This document shows, one piece after another, positions 44,865 to 59,939 of a stretch of 64,000 bases of DNA. How positions within the stretch are numbered: position 1 is the stretch's first letter; each line of letters begins with the position of its first letter. Under the pieces are notes generated by a model that was not told the origin of the DNA, did not search any database, and saw only the letters and a list, made by a program, of their open reading frames with translations. The position numbers were made by a program, and so were the translations under genes. This DNA comes from an uncultured delta proteobacterium (lineage in GTDB: Bacteria > Myxococcota_A > Polyangia > Polyangiales > Polyangiaceae): positions 1 through 64,000 of the forward strand of contig CAWDXG010000004.1 in NCBI GenBank assembly GCA_963806225.1, in the 5' to 3' direction.

Positions 44865-47006
44865 CAGCCCGCCTCCCCGCGCGCTTCCGGTCGCTCCGGC
44901 AACCGCTCGACGAACAGACGCAAGAGCGCGTGCTCGGGGCGCGCCAGCTCCGGATCCTCACGGCGGAGCCGCTCGACGTCGGACGGGATACGGGTCGAGC
45001 CACGGCGCATCGGCGAACGCGTCCAGGTAGACGAGGCCGCTCTCGCCGGATTGGCGCGTGCCGCCCAGCATCGCCCGGTCCGCGCAGCTCCAGGTCGGCG
45101 CGCGCGATGTCCGCCCCCCGCGAGAGCCGGGTCAGCGCCTCCAGCCGCGAGCGCGCCGGCTCGACCAGCGGCTCGTCGTGCACCAACAGACAGCTTCCGC
45201 CGCGGTGCGAGCGCCCCACCCTGCCTCGCAGCTGGTGTAGCTGCGAGAGACCGAAGCTCTCCGCGCCGTCGATCACCATCAGCGTGGCCTCGGGCACGTC
45301 CAGGCCGACCTCGATCACCGTCGTACCGACCAGCACCGGCGTGTCGCCGCGGCGGAAGCCCCGGAGCGCGGCGGCGAGCGCGCGCGGCTCCAACCGCCCA
45401 TGGGCGAGCACGACGCGCTTCCTGCCGAGGGCCGCACAGAGCTCCTCGAAGCGGTCCACGACGGCGGGGCCGGCGTCCTCGTCGTCCGCGTCGTCTCCGA
45501 TGCGCGGGCAGACCACGAACACGTGTCCGCCGCGCGTCGAGCGCCGCGAGGATGGCCGGAAGTACCGCGGCGTCCCAATCGTGCCGCGCCACCGCGCGCG
45601 TCGTGACCGGCTTGCGACCGGGCGGCAGCTCGTCCAGCTCGCTCGTCGACAGCTCGCCGCGCAGCGCGAGCGCGAGCGTGCGCGGGATGGGCGTCGCGCT
45701 CAACGTGAGCAGATGCGGCGCCACACCGCCGGTCCGCCGTCGGCTGAGCGCCAGCCGCTGGGCCACGCCCAGCCGCTGCTGCTCGTCGACGATCACCAGC
45801 GCCAGTCGCTGGAAGTCCAGCTCTCTCGACAGCAGCACGTGTGTGCCGATCAGCACGTCGACCTCGCCAGAGGCCGTGTCGCGCTCGATGGCGGCCCGCT
45901 CCTCGGGCGGTGTCGCGCCGGTCAGGAGCTCGATCCTCGCGCCCGTCGCCTGTGCCAGCGGCTGTGCGGCGGTCCGGTACTGTTCCGCCAGCGGCGTGGT
46001 CGGCGCGAGGATGGCCACCTGTGCCCCGGCGGTAACGGCCTGCAGAGCCGCCGCGAGGGCGACGGCGGTCTTGCCCGACCCGACATCCCCGGAGAGCAGG
46101 CCGACGCGTCGGCTCCGACCGGGCCAGATCCGCGGATGTCTCGTCGATGGTGCGCGCCTGCGCGGCGGTCCACTGGAAGCCCAACGCCTGCGCCAGCCGC
46201 GCGAGGCCTGCCGCATCGGGCGGCAGCGGCAGGGCGTCGGAGCGGTACTCCTGCTCGCGCCGCGCGCGCGACCCAACCCGAAGCAAAGCTCTCCGCCCAC
46301 GCCAGCCGCTCCCTGAGCGGGTGGAGCGCCGTTTCATCCGGTTGTTGTCCGGGCCTGTGGACGCCCAGGAAGCCGTCCTCCGCGGAGGCGAGCTGCTCCC
46401 GCTCGCGCACCGCCGGCGGCACTGGATCCGGGACGCCTCCGACGCGCTCTAGCGCGGCGCCGATCAGCGTCCTGAGCCGCTCCGCTCCCAGCCCAGGCAG
46501 CTTGGGATAGCGCGGGCGGACTCGCGGCTTGCCCGTCGTCGCGCAGGAGCTCGGGATGCGCCATGACCGCGCCGCTCCCGCGGCGCGGCCGGAGCCAGCC
46601 GGCCGATCACGAAGAGCGGCTCGCCGGGTCGCGCCACGGCGAGGATGCCGTGGGCCGCGAAGAACCACCACGCGGTCAGCTCGGCTTTGCCGTCCGGCGC
46701 ATCGGACAGCGAGACCCTCACGGCGCGCCGCCCGCGCACCGGAGCGAAGCCTGCCGAGCGCACGAACGCGCGCACACACACCCGGGGACGCGCGGCTGCC
46801 AATTCCAGCGCAGCGGCCACGCGGAGCGGCGAGCGGAGGTCATCGTAGCCGGTCGGCAGCAGCCAGAGCAGATCGGCAAGCGTCGCAAGGCCGTGCTGGC
46901 GCAGCTTCCGCCCGGCGGCGGGTCCGACGCCGGACAGGCTCTCGACCGTCGCGAAGGCCGGAAGCCCCGCAGGGCCGGCGGCAGCAGAGACGGGGTGTGG
47001 GGGCAT
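44864..47006 (-). CDS. recG: ATP-dependent DNA helicase RecG (several frameshifts)
   Basis: LSGVGP wedge-domain start, GDVGSGKT, DEQQRLGVAQR, SATPIPRTL, TTVIEVGLDVP, FGLSQLHQLRGRVGR and DLELRGPG. Confidence 0.92.
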
Positions 47007-47051
47007 GCCGGTTCCGGAAAGGTCGCGTCGCGCTCCCGGTGCGGCGCTGGG

Positions 47052-47527
47052 TCAGTGGAACTCGACGCTTCCGATTCTCGTAGCGCCGTGTTCCACCCGG
47101 AAGGCGCACAGTGACCTCGTCGCCCGGCTCCTTGCCGATCAGCGCGCGCGCCAGCGGCGCCGAGACGGAGATCGTCCCGTGGTCGATGTCGGCCTCGTCG
47201 GCGCCGACGATGCGGTAGGTGACCTCGTCGTCGGTGTCGAGGTTGGTCAGAAGGACCGTGGCGCCGAAGCGGACGCGCGAGCCGTCGAGCTTGGACGGAT
47301 CGATAACCTCGGCGCGCGCGAGCTTGTCCTCGATGTCCTTGATGCGCGCCTCCACCATGCCCCTGGCTTCTCCTTGGCAGCGTGGTACTCGGCGTTTTCG
47401 CTGAGGTCTCCGTGCTCCCGGGCAACGCCGATCTCGCGGGAGATCTTCGGGCGCTGTTCCTTCAGGCGGAAAGCTCCTGCTTGAGCCGCTCCGCCCCTTG
47501 CGGTGTCATGGGAACCATTTCCGGCAT
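47052..47527 (-). CDS. greA: Transcription elongation factor GreA (frameshifts)
   Basis: [31 protein letters not shown] and [14 protein letters not shown]. Confidence 0.94.
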
Positions 47528-47645
47528 CAGCCCCTTCTACCGCAGCTCGGTAGCACGATCAAGGGTTGCCGCTCCCGATCCCGGACGACAGGCCGGGGCC
47601 CGGCGCTTGCTTCCGTGGCGCCAACCCGCTACTCCCCGGCCAGCG

Positions 47646-48486
47646 ATGCGCTGGCTCTCCGGCTCGATTCTGGCCGCTGTTGTGGCCCTGTCCCAGGCCG
47701 GCTGTGGGCCCACGGTCCAGGCCCGGAACCCTCTGCACTACACGGAGGACGCCAAGCGGGCCTACGACCTGGCGCTGGACGCCTTCTTCGACCACGACTG
47801 GGAGGGGGCGACCACGCTGATGCAAGACGTGAAGCGCAAGTACGGCTACAGCCGCTACGCGCGCCTCGCCGACCTGCGCCTGGCCGATATTTCCTACCAC
47901 CAGCAGAAGTACGCCGAGGCCATCACCGCCTACAAGGGCTTCATCCACGACTACCCGAACGATCCCGAGGTGCCCTACGCGCGCTACCGCGTCGCCCGAT
48001 CGCTCTTCCACGAGACCAGCGCGTCGTTCCTGCTGCCGCCGCTCGAGGAGCGGGATCTGGCCAGCGTGCGGGACGCCTACACGTCCATCCAGGGTTTCCT
48101 GGCGGACTACCCGGAGTACAAGAAGGCAGCCGAGCTCCGCTACATGCTTGCCGTCGTGACCGGGCTGCTGGTCCGGCACGAGCTGTACGTGGCGCGTTTC
48201 TACCTGGACCAGCGACAATTTCAAGGCGGCAGTCGCGCGCATCCAGTACGCGCTCCGGAACTACGACAATTCCGGCCTGGAGCCCGAAGCCATGGCGCTT
48301 CTGGGCGAGACGTACATGAAGATGGAGAAGCGCGACAAGGCGCGGGCGGTCTTCCGGCAGCTTCTGGCGCAGTATCCGGCTAGCGCTTTCTCGGTTCCCG
48401 CGCGGAATTTCCTCCAGCTGCTCGCCGGCCATCCGCCGACTGCCGGCGAGCGCGGTACTACACCCGTGGACTCCCGCGCAGAGTAG
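47646..48486 (+). CDS. bamD: Outer membrane protein assembly factor BamD (frameshift ~48215)
   Basis: Lipobox QAGC; YGYSRYA, FIHDYPNDP, ERD motif and HELYVARFY. Confidence 0.88.
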
Positions 48487-48504
48487 GGGCACTCTCTGTC
48501 GAGC

Positions 48505-49977
<1,473 letters not shown>

Positions 49978-50029
49978 TCGAGCCTGCGCGGCGGCGCTGG
50001 TCGGTCCGGGTAGCCCGGACCCGCTCCAG

Positions 50030-50757
50030 GTGGCGGGCGCCTCGCCCGCGGTGCTGGCGCTGCACGGATTCGGCGGAACACCGCTCGAGATCTCGCTGGT
50101 CGTCGACGTGGCGCGGGAGCTCGGCCTGCGCGCGCACGCCCCGCTGCTCCCCGGGCACGGAACGCGCGTGGACGAGCTCGCACGAAGCGGCTGGGACGAC
50201 TGGCTGGGCGAGGCAGAGGCAGCCCTGGACCAGCTTGCCTCCGACGGGCCGGTGATCGTCGCGGGTCTGAGCATGGGCTCGCTGCTCGCCGCTCACCTGG
50301 CTGCGACCCGGCCGGACGACGTGCTCGGCCTCGCTCTGTTGGCGAACGCGGCGTGGCTCGGCTGGCCCTTCCCCACCCTGGCGCTCGACCTCATCAGGAA
50401 GCTGCGGCTGCCGGACTTCTCCATGCCGAAGCCGGGTGCCGACATTGCCGACCCGGAGGCGCGCCGCACCCACCTCACCTACGACGCGCAGCCGGTGCAC
50501 GCCGCTGTCAGGGTGCTGGAGGCGGGCCGGCGCGTGCGTGCCGAGCTCGAACGTGTGCGCTGCCCGACGCTGATCCTGCACGGAGCGCGTGATCGCCTGT
50601 GTCCGCCGTCCAACGCGCGGCGCGTCGCCACCAGGCTCGGCACGCCCGATCCCTCGTCGTCATGCTGCCGCGCTCGCGGCATATCGTGACGCGGGACTAC
50701 GACAGGGAGCAAGCGGCGCGGGAGCTCCGGACGTTCTTCGAGCGGGTGCGCGAATAG
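50030..50757 (+). CDS. Carboxylesterase / alpha-beta hydrolase (start approximate; frameshift ~50655)
   Basis: LHGFGG, LPGHG, GLSMG, HGARD and SRHIV. Confidence 0.88.
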
Positions 50758-50782
50758 AGCGCGCCGGAGCGCCGCTCGCCGC

Positions 50783-51316
50783 TCAGAATTTTCCGAAGTA
50801 GTCGCTGATGTCGAAGAAGAACTGGCGGCTCTTCGGGCCTGCGACGATGTCGAGGCGGTCGTACTGGTGGCCGCTCTTCTCGAGCAGCGCCTGGCTCCGC
50901 AGGTGCCAATCGACGCCGCGCTTGCCGAGCAACGCCGTCACATACCAGTACTCGGCGGCCACGCCGTCCGTTTCCCCGTGCGCGCCGTGGATCGCGACGG
51001 CCTGCGCCACGCTCGAAGCGTCGCCACCCGAGAAGCGGATTGGCGTGTCCGGAATCCGGGTCGGCAGAGCGGGGCCCGGATCGCCGACCGCGAGCGGCGC
51101 GGGCGCGGAAGCGGGCGGAGGCGTTCCGGCGGCTTCTGGTGCAGGCTCTGGCGGTGGCTCCACCTCGACTGCGGTCGCGCGATCGGGGCTCCGCGCCCGC
51201 CTCACATCGCTAGTGCGATCGGGGCTCTGCGCGGTGGGCGGCGGCGCGCTTGCGCAACCGGCGAGGATCAGCGCCGCCACTGCGCCGACCAGGCTTCTTC
51301 CGCACACACACCCCAT
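50783..51316 (-). CDS. Hypothetical lipoprotein
   Basis: Lipobox LAGC and Pro-rich linker; compact C-terminal domain GVAAEYWY...QALL...YDRL...[12 protein letters not shown]. Confidence 0.7.
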   Translation of the reverse strand: MGCVCGRSLVGAVAALILAGCASAPPPTAQSPDRTSDVRRARSPDRATAVEVEPPPEPAPEAAGTPPPASAPAPLAVGDPGPALPTRIPDTPIRFSGGDASSVAQAVAIHGAHGETDGVAAEYWYVTALLGKRGVDWHLRSQALLEKSGHQYDRLDIVAGPKSRQFFFDISDYFGKF

Positions 51317-51432
51317 CGCCAGCTCCTTGTCGCTTGTTACGGCGGAAGACGCGCGCGCCTTCCCGGGAGGGTCCTCCAACAGCCCGTAGGACCCGCGTCC
51401 GGTGTGTCGGCTTGGCTCGGAGCGCCGTCGAG

Positions 51433-51882
51433 CTACGTGCCCGTGGACCCGTAGCCGCCCGCGCCGCGTCCGGTGTCGTCGAGCTCGTCGACCAGCTCGA
51501 GCTCGACGTGGGCGACGGGTGCGATGACGAGCTGGGCGATGCGGGACAGAGGGCTCCACGACGAACGGCTCCGTGCCGTGGTTGATGAGCACGATGCCGA
51601 CCTCGCCGCGGAAGTCGCTGTCGATGGTGCCGGGCGAATTGACGACGGAAATGCCCTGCGCGGAGCGCGAGCCCGGAGCGCGGCCGCACCTGCCCTTCGT
51701 AGCCGTGGGGGATGGCCAGCGCGAGGCCCGTCGGGATCAGAGCGCCGCTCTCCGGGCTCGAGCGCGACCGGCTCGGCCAGCGCGGCGCACAGATCGAGCC
51801 CGGCAGCGTGCTCGCTCTGGTAGGCCGGGCAGCGGCACCTCGACCGGCCCGACGCGCTTCACGCGGAGCGCGCGGTGCTCAT
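51433..51882 (-). CDS. dut: dUTP pyrophosphatase (frameshifts)
   Basis: [43 protein letters not shown] and [10 protein letters not shown]. Confidence 0.93.
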
Positions 51883-53050
51883 AGCTCCGAGAACCTCCCG
51901 CTCTTGAGCGAGGCGTCGAGCAGCTGCGCGACGCGCTGCTCGAGCGTCGCGGGCCTTCGGATCGGGCAGCTGCGCGAGGGCCGTCTTGATCTCGCCCAGC
52001 GCCTTGAGCTGGCTGAAGAGCTGGATGTCGCTCGGCGGCGCGGCGCCGGTGAGCACCTGGCGGATGCGGTCGATCTCGCCCGACAGCGCCTCGACGCCCG
52101 ACGCCGAGCGCGCCCACGCGGCGCCGATCGGGGTGCTCGCGGTAGTAGGCCTCGAGCACGGGCTGGACGATGCCTTCGAGGATCGGCGCCTGGTCCTCGG
52201 TGTTCCAGATGTGCTTGAGCACGAACAGGTCGCTCGCCTCGGCCTGGACGCGCCCGTCGAGATAGGCGCTGGCGGCGAACAGCTTGAGCATCTTGACCAC
52301 GCGGCGGTCGCTGATGCTGATGCCCTCCGCGCGGATCTGGAACACGAGGCCCTTGTAGGTGCGACAGGAAATCGTCGGAGAACTCGAGCCGCTGCGCCAG
52401 CTCCTCCGTCATCCCGTGCAGCTCCTCGGCCGTGACCAGCGGCGTGGGCTTCTGCCGCCGGAGCTTCTTCACCTCGTGCGCGATGCCGAGCTGGATGCAG
52501 CTCGTTGAAGTGGTAGGCATCGAGGTTGTCGGAGCGGATGCGCAGCAGGAAGCGGTCGAACAGCGCCGACAGCGACTCGTCCGACGGGCACCTCGTTGCT
52601 GGCGCCGAACACGCTGATCAGCGGACATTCGATGCACCTGCCCGCCGGACGTGAAGCGCCGCTCGTTCAACAGGCTCAGGAGCGCGTTCAGGATGGCGCT
52701 GTTGCTCTTGAACACCTCGTCGAGGAACACGACCTCGGCTTCGGGCAGCATGCCGGCGGTGCGCCGCCGGTAGGTGCCTTCGCGGAAGGCGGCGATGTCG
52801 ACCGGGCCGAAGATCTCGTTCGGCTCGGTGAAGCGCGTGAGCAGGTACTCGAAGTAGCGCGCGTCGATGAGCTGCGGCGAGCGTGCGGAGCAGAGCGCTC
52901 TTGGCCGTGCCGGGCGGGCCGACCAGGACGGCGTGCTCGCGCGCCACGATGGCGATCAGGAGCAGCCGGATGACTTCGCTCTTGCCGAGGAACTGGCTGT
53001 CGAGGGCCTCGGAGACCTGGTCGCAGCCGCGACGAGAGCGCGCCCGTCAT
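51879..53050 (-). CDS. RavA/MoxR-type AAA+ ATPase (frameshifts)
   Basis: [43 protein letters not shown] and ISDRR. Confidence 0.88.
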
Positions 53051-55699
53051 GATTCGGCGGCAGTCGGCCGGTGGCGTGCGAAGATCTCGTCCGCCATCTG
53101 GCTGAGCTTGCGCGCTTCACGCTGGATGTCGGCGTTGTCCACGTAGTGCTCGGAGCCCGCTACGTAGGTCGCGAAGGCGCGGTAGCTCCTGGCGACCTCG
53201 AGCTCGTTGCCGATCTCCTTGCAGATCGCGATCGAACGCATGAAGTAGTCGACGGCCTTGCCCTCGTGCCCCTCGCCCCAGGCACCCGCGGCGGTGATCT
53301 CGCCGAGCGTCCGGAGCGCGATCGCCAGGTGGGCGCGGCTTCTGCACCTGGCCGAAAAGGTCGACAGCGCGCTTGATGCTCTCGCGCGCCTTCTTCAGCT
53401 CGCCCTGCATCAGGTACGCCTTGGCGAGGCCGCGCTTCGCCTCCGCCAGGTGCAGCCGGTCGCCGAGCTCGTCGCACAGCTCCTCGGCTTCGCTTCAGGA
53501 TGCGGATGGCCTGCGGCGCTGTCGCCCAGCCGGTAGTGGGTCTCGCCGATGTTCGTGAGCACGACGGCGATGCGGTTGCGCTCGCCGATCTCCCTGGCCA
53601 CGTCGTAGGCCTCGCGGAACAGCTCCAGCGCTTTCTGCCCGTTCTCCTGGTCCTGCGCCAGCTGCCCGAGGTTGTTCAGGCTCTGCACGATGCCCAGCGG
53701 GTCGCCGATCTCGCGGCGGATCGTCAGCGCGGCTTCGAGCGCCTCGCCGGCTTTGCGGCGCGCCCGTGATCCATCCACACCAGCCCGATGTTGTTCAGGC
53801 TGAGTGCGATGGAGCGGCGGTCGCCGAGCTTCTTGCGCATCTCGAGCGAGACGCTTCATCTCCTCCAGCGCCTTGTCGTACTCGCCCTTGAGCCACAGCA
53901 GCTTGCCGATGTCGTCGTGGCTGGCGGCGACGCCGCGCTCGTCGTGGACCGCTTCGAACAGGTCCTGCGCCGATCTCCAGGTGCCGCTGCGCATCCGACA
54001 GCGATCCGGTATCGCGGTAGAGCGCGGCCGATGCGGTTGTGCGCGGCGCCGCCCTTGCCCTTGAGCGCGAGGCGATAGGCGATGCCCAGCATCTCGCGGA
54101 AGGCGGCCAGCGCCTCGTCCGTGCGGCCGAGCAACAGCAGCACGTCGCCGTGGTTGTGCAGCGCGTCGATCCGACGCCGCGCGTCGGCGTCGCCCAGCAG
54201 GCCAGAGCCCGCGCGCGTAGTACTCGTCGGCTTTCTTGGCGGCGTAGCTCTGCCGCGCGATGTCGCCCGCGTCCAGGTAGGTCAGCCCCGCCCGAGCCTG
54301 GGCGCCGGCCTTCTCCAGGTGCTGGGCCAGCATCGCCGCGTACTCTTCCTGCGAGCGGACGACGTCCTGCTGCGTCAGCCAGTCGGCGATGGTCTGGTGG
54401 TAGCGGCGGGCCGCGGCACGCGCTGGTGAGCGTCGCGATCTTCTCGCGCTCGAGATTGTGCTTGAAGACGTACTCCGTCTCGCCGGGGAACGCCGAGTCA
54501 GGCAGCTGGAGGACGTAGTCTCGCTCGACCAGATCCGCGAGCGCCGCGGCTGATCTCGCTGCACGTCCTGCATGTCGCTCTCGGCCCAGAACTCGGGCGG
54601 CTCGCGATCCATCCGGTCGAGCGCCACCAGTCCGCCCAGCCAGAAGATGCTGCCCATGGCCGCCGCGTGCTCGAGCACCCGGCGGTCGACCGACGAGAGC
54701 GCGGCGATGCGGGCCGCGACCGCATCGTCGACGGTCATCGGCAGCCGGCACGCTCGCCAGCTTGTCGAGATCCACCGTCCACACCGGATCGCCGGCCAGC
54801 GCGCTCTCGCTCGTGCAGCACGCCCGAGTCGTGGAAGATGCGGACCATCTGCTCCAGAAGGCCCGGGTTGCCGCCGGCCATGCCCACGCCGGCTTCGACC
54901 AGCGCCTCGGGAGGGCCGTCGGTGCACGGTGCGAGCAACGCTTCCATCAGTACGACGGACTGATCGTCGTCCAGCGGCCCGATTTCGAGGCGCTCGTGGC
55001 GCCCGTGGCCGAACTCGAACCAATCCTCGTGGCGTGTCAATCAGCTCCGGCCGCGTGGCGCACCAGGAGCAGAATGGGTCCGTTCAGGTTCTCGATCAGG
55101 TAGCGGAGCAGCTCGATCGAATCGTCGTCGGCGAACTGCAGGTCCTCGAAGACCAGGCAGACCGGGCCCTGTGCGGCGTCGCTCTCGATGAAGCTCTTGA
55201 CGATGGCGCGTCTCAGCAGGCCGGGCTTGCAGCGGGTCGTCCGCGACCGCCCGGGTGAGCGGGCTTTCGAGGAACGGCAGGTCCATCAATTGCCCGAGGA
55301 AGTAGCAGACGTCGCCTACCTTGCGGTCATCGAGCACCTTGGCGACCTGTGCGCGGACCTGGGCCTTCGCCGCTTCGGCATCCATGCCTTCCACCAGCCC
55401 AAAGCGCGATCGGAGCAGGCGCGCGAAGATGCCGTAGCCGAGCGTCAGGTTGCGGGCGCTGCCGCGGTAGACTCGCGGCAAGCTGTCCTCCGGCGCTTCG
55501 GAGCTCCGAAAGGAAGTCTTCGGCGATGCGCGATCTTGCCGACGCCGTTACCCCCGACCAGAGTCGCGATGCGCGTCTGCTTGTCGGCCCTGACGCGGTC
55601 GGCCGCGCGCTTGAGGGCCGCCATCACGGCGTCCCTGCCGACGAGCGGCGCCCTCAGATCGCCGATCGCGGACGCTCCACTGCCAACAGTCCCGGACAT
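53047..55699 (-). CDS. AAA_16/STAND-like ATPase with C-terminal TPR array (many frameshifts)
   Basis: LVGRDAVM, GGNGVGK, VFEDLQFAD, AGGNP and YVFKHNL, followed by long TPRs (SLNNLG, VLTNIG). Confidence 0.78.
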
Positions 55700-55951
55700 G
55701 GAGGGCGAGTCTCGCCTTGTTCTCCCTCCGCCACAACGACCGGATGCCCTGAACAGCCCGGCGGCCCCAGCATCCGGGACAACGCAGCGCGTCATCTACC
55801 TGGGGGCAGCGGCACCGGACGTTGTCCCCGTTGCGTGCCGGCCCGGCTTGATACAGGCTCGGCCGGCGTAGGGACCGACTGCCGGACGGCGCGGAGGTCC
55901 CGTGACGCTCGGTGAAGTCCCCGAAACCTCTGGTAGATTGACCGTTTAGCC

Positions 55952-56802
55952 GTGACATTGCCCGCGAAGACCCCGGCCCAGATCGCGCGCTGGCGAGAAG
56001 CGCTCGCTGGGGAAGGGAGTGTTCCGCAAGTGCAACGGCTGCGGCGCGGTGCACACGGCCGAGCACTTGTCCGACTGCTGGGAGGTGTGTCCCGGCTGTG
56101 GCTACCACCATCCGCTCAGCGCGGATGGGTGGCGCTCGCTGCTGCTCGACGACGGCAGGCTCGAACTCTGGGACGAGCACATCCAACCCACCGATCCGCT
56201 GACTTTCCACGATGGCAAGAGCTACCGCGACCGGCTGGAGCGCTCGCGGCGCATCAGCGGGCGCAGCGAGGCCATCGAGATCGGCCGGGCCCATATCGGC
56301 GGGCGGCCGGTCGCCTACGGCTGCTTCATCTTCGCGTTCATGGGCGGCAGCATGGGTTCGGTCGTGGGCGAGCGGATCACGCGCCTGTTCGAGCGGGCGA
56401 CGGCAGAGCGATCTACCGGTGGTCCTGCTCCAGGCCTCGGGCGGCGCGCGCATGCAGGAGGGCATCCTGAGCCTGATGCAGATGGCCAAGACGGTGGCGG
56501 CCCTGTCGCGGTTCCGCCACATTCACAAGCCGTTCATCAGCGTGCTCCTGCACCCGACGACCGGCGGGGTCGCCGCGAGCTCGGCGCTGCTCGGTGACGT
56601 CAACCTGGCCGAGCCCAACGCGCTCATCGGATTTGCTGGACCGCGCGTGATCGAGAGCACGCTGAGGACCACCCTTCCGGAGGGATTCCAGCGCTCGGAG
56701 TTCCTGCTCGGCCATGGCATGGTGGACTCCGTCGTGCCGCGAACCGAGATGAAGGCAACGCTCGGTTGCATCCTGGGCCATCTAGCCGGTAGAGCTTGGT
56801 GA
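55952..56802 (+). CDS. accD: Acetyl-CoA carboxylase carboxyltransferase beta subunit (frameshifts)
   Basis: Zn finger KCNGC...[41 protein letters not shown] and [12 protein letters not shown]. Confidence 0.96.
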
Positions 56803-58033
56803 GCGACCTGGCAGTGACACTCCAGCGGCTGTACGCGCTGATCCCGAAGGGCCGGAAGCTCGGGCTCGAGCGCATGCAGGCTGCGTGTGACCGGATGGGC
56901 AATCCGGAGCGTGCGTTCGAGGCCGTCCACGTAGCGGGGACCAACGGCAAGGGCACGGTTTCCGCCTTCACCGCGGCGATCGGTCAGGCCGCAGGGCGCA
57001 AGGTCGGGCTGTACACTTCGCCTCACCTGGTCCGCTTCGCCGAGCGCATCCAGGTCGGCGGCGCAGCCGATCGACGACGACACGGTGGTCCGCCTGCTGA
57101 ACAAGGTGATGGACGAGGCGCCCGACCTGACGTTCTTCGAAGTCGCGACGCTGGCGGCGTTCCTGGCGTTCCGCGACGCTGGCGTGGACCTGGCGGTGCT
57201 CGAGGTGGGGCTGGGCGGCCGCCTCGACGCGACCAACGTCATCCCGCCGCCGCGTGTCGCCGTCATCACGCGCATCGCCTTCGACCACATGGTGGAGCTC
57301 GGCGACTCGCTGGCCTCCATCGCGATCGAGAAGGCGGGCATCATCAAGTCGGGCTCTACGGTCGTGGTGGGCAAGCTGCACCCGGACGCGCATGGAGGCG
57401 GTCGAGGATCGCGTAGCGAGGTCGGCGCGCGCCTGGTCGAGCTGGGCAGCCCGGAGCCGATTCCGGGCGCTCCCCTGGCCTACCCGCGCGTCGCGATGAT
57501 CGGCTCGAACCTGGCGGTGGCGGTGACCGTCGGCCGCGAGCTCGGATTCGACCCGGCAGATGATCGCGCAGGGCATCGAAGCGACGAGCTGGCCGGGTCG
57601 CAACGAGCTCTTGCACCGCAACGGCCAGGAGCTGACGCTGCTCGACTGCGCCCACAACCCCGACGGCGCCGTCGCTCTGTCGCACGTGCTCGACCCCAGC
57701 GTGCTCGGCGAGATCGAGTCGCGACGCGATGTGGCGCTGGTCTTCGGCGCGATCCAGGGCAAGAACTGGAAAGCCATGCTCAGCCGGCTCGAGCAGGTCG
57801 CGGGACATCGCGTGTTCGTCGCCCCACCCGTCACGAAGGCCGTGGATCCGCAGCTGTATGGCGGAACGCGGTCGGCGGCGAGGTCGCCGAGGATATCGGC
57901 TCGGCACTTGACTCGCGCGCGCGAGCTCGTCGGCGAGCGCGGCGTGGTGGTGGTCACGGGCTCGACGTTCCTGGTCGGTGCGGCGCGCGCCCTCCTGCTC
58001 GGGCTGCCGCGCGATCCCGCCGTGGACATGTGA
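56799..58033 (+). CDS. folC: Folylpolyglutamate/dihydrofolate synthase (frameshifts)
   Basis: [39 protein letters not shown] and VTGS. Confidence 0.94.
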
Positions 58034-58050
58034 AGCGAGGCGGAACCGAA

Positions 58051-58539
58051 GTGCCGTCGTTCGACGTCGTATCCAAAGTGGACTGGTCCGAGGTCAAGAA
58101 CGCGCTCGACCAGGCCGAGCGCGAGATCGCCCAGCGCTTCGACTTCAAGGGCACCGATGCGGCATATCGAGCGCACCGAGGACGGCGTGGTCGTACGGCC
58201 AACGCCGAAGACCGCGTGCGGGCGGCGCTCGACGTGTTCGAGCAGAAGCTGGTGCGACGCAAGGTCAGCCTCAAGCACCTGGAGAAGAAGGACCCCGAGC
58301 CCGGCCCCAAGGGGTCGAGCCGGCAGCGCGTCCTGATCAAGGAAGGCATCGAGACCGAAAAGGCCAAGGAGATCGTCAAGCTCGTGAAGGGCTCGAAGCT
58401 CAAGGTCCAGGCCTCCATCCAGGACGAGAGCGTGCGGGTGACCGGCAAGAAGCGGGACGACCTGCAGAGCGCCATCCAGCTGCTCAAGGGCGCCGACGAC
58501 CTCGGTCTCGACCTCCAGTTCCAGAACTTCAGGGATTGA
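58051..58539 (+). CDS. yajQ: YajQ-family nucleotide/c-di-GMP-binding protein
   Basis: [39 protein letters not shown] and QFQNFRD. Confidence 0.96.
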   Translation: MPSFDVVSKVDWSEVKNALDQAEREIAQRFDFKGTDAAYRAHRGRRGRTANAEDRVRAALDVFEQKLVRRKVSLKHLEKKDPEPGPKGSSRQRVLIKEGIETEKAKEIVKLVKGSKLKVQASIQDESVRVTGKKRDDLQSAIQLLKGADDLGLDLQFQNFRD

Positions 58540-58547
58540 ACCGGCGA

Positions 58548-59939
58548 GTGACCGCGAAGCAGAAGCGAGAGCTGTTCGGCACGGACGGCATCCGAGGTCG
58601 GGCCAACGTCCCTCCCATGACGCCGGAGCTCGCGCTGGCGCTCGGACGCGCCATCACGCTGGTGGCGCGCCGCGATCCGCGGCCGGCCGCCCCGCATCGT
58701 CATCGGCAAGGACACGCGCCTGAGCGGCTACATGCTGGAGACGGCGCTCGCCGCCGGCATCTGCGCCATGGGCGGCCGGGTGATGCTCTGCGGCCCGATC
58801 CCGACGCCCGGCGGTCGCCAACCTGACGCAGAGCATGCGCGCCGACGCCGGCGTCGTCATCAGCGCCAGCCACAACCCCTTCGGCGACAACGGCATCAAG
58901 CTGTTCGGCCCCGACGGCTTCAAGCTGCCCGACAGCGAAGAGTCGGACATCGAGGGGCTGCTGGAGGATCCCCGGCTCGATCTCGCGCAGTTGCACCGGC
59001 GCGCGCGTCGGGCGCGCCGAGCGCATCGACGACGCGGCCGGGCGCTACGTCGTGTACGCGAAGAGCACCTTCCCCAAGGAGCTGACGCTCGACGGGCTGT
59101 GCGCGTGGTGGTGGATGCCGCCCACGGCGCCGCGTACAAGGTCGCGCCCGACGGTGTTCGCCGAGCTCGGCGCGACGGTCATTCCGCGTTCGGCGTGCGA
59201 CCCAACGGCCGCAACATCAACCGCGATTGCGGCGCGCTGCATCCCGAGCACGTCGTCAAGGAAGTCAAGAAGCGCCACGCCCACATCGGCGTATGCGCTC
59301 GACGGCGATGCGGATCGCGTCGATCGTCGTCGACGAGAAGGGGCAGATCGTCGACGGCGACGCGCTGATGGCGCTGTGTGCGACGCGCATGATCCAGGAG
59401 AAGCGCCTGGCCAAGCGCACGCTGGTCACCACGGTGATGAGCAACATGGGCCTGGAGCGCGCGCTGGCGGCCGCGGGCGGCCAGCTGAAGCGCACGCAGG
59501 TCGGCGACCGCTACGTGGTCGAGGAGATGCGACGCGCCGGCTACAACTTCGGCGGCGAGCAGTCCGGCCACCTCATCTTCCTCGATCACGCCACGACCGG
59601 TGACGGCGTGGTGGCGGCGCTGCAGGTGCTGGCGATCATGGTGGCCGAAGGGCGGCCGCTGAGCGAGCTCGCCGCGGTCATGCAGCGCGTTCCGCAGGTG
59701 CTCGCAGAGCGTGAAGCTCGCCGGACCGCAAGCCGCTCGAGCAGATGCCGCAGCTCACCCGGCTGATCGGCCGCGTGGAGCAGAAGCTCGGCAAGAACGG
59801 GCGCGTGCTGGTGCGCTGGAGCGGCACCGAGCCCAAGCTCCGGTTGATGGTCGAAGGCCCCGACCCGGATCGAGCTCGCCGGCATGGTGCATGACATGGC
59901 GGACGCGGCACAGCAGGGACCTGGGCGTCGGCGGCGTGA
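58548..59939 (+). CDS. glmM: Phosphoglucosamine mutase (many frameshifts)
   Basis: [48 protein letters not shown] and [11 protein letters not shown]. Confidence 0.95.
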
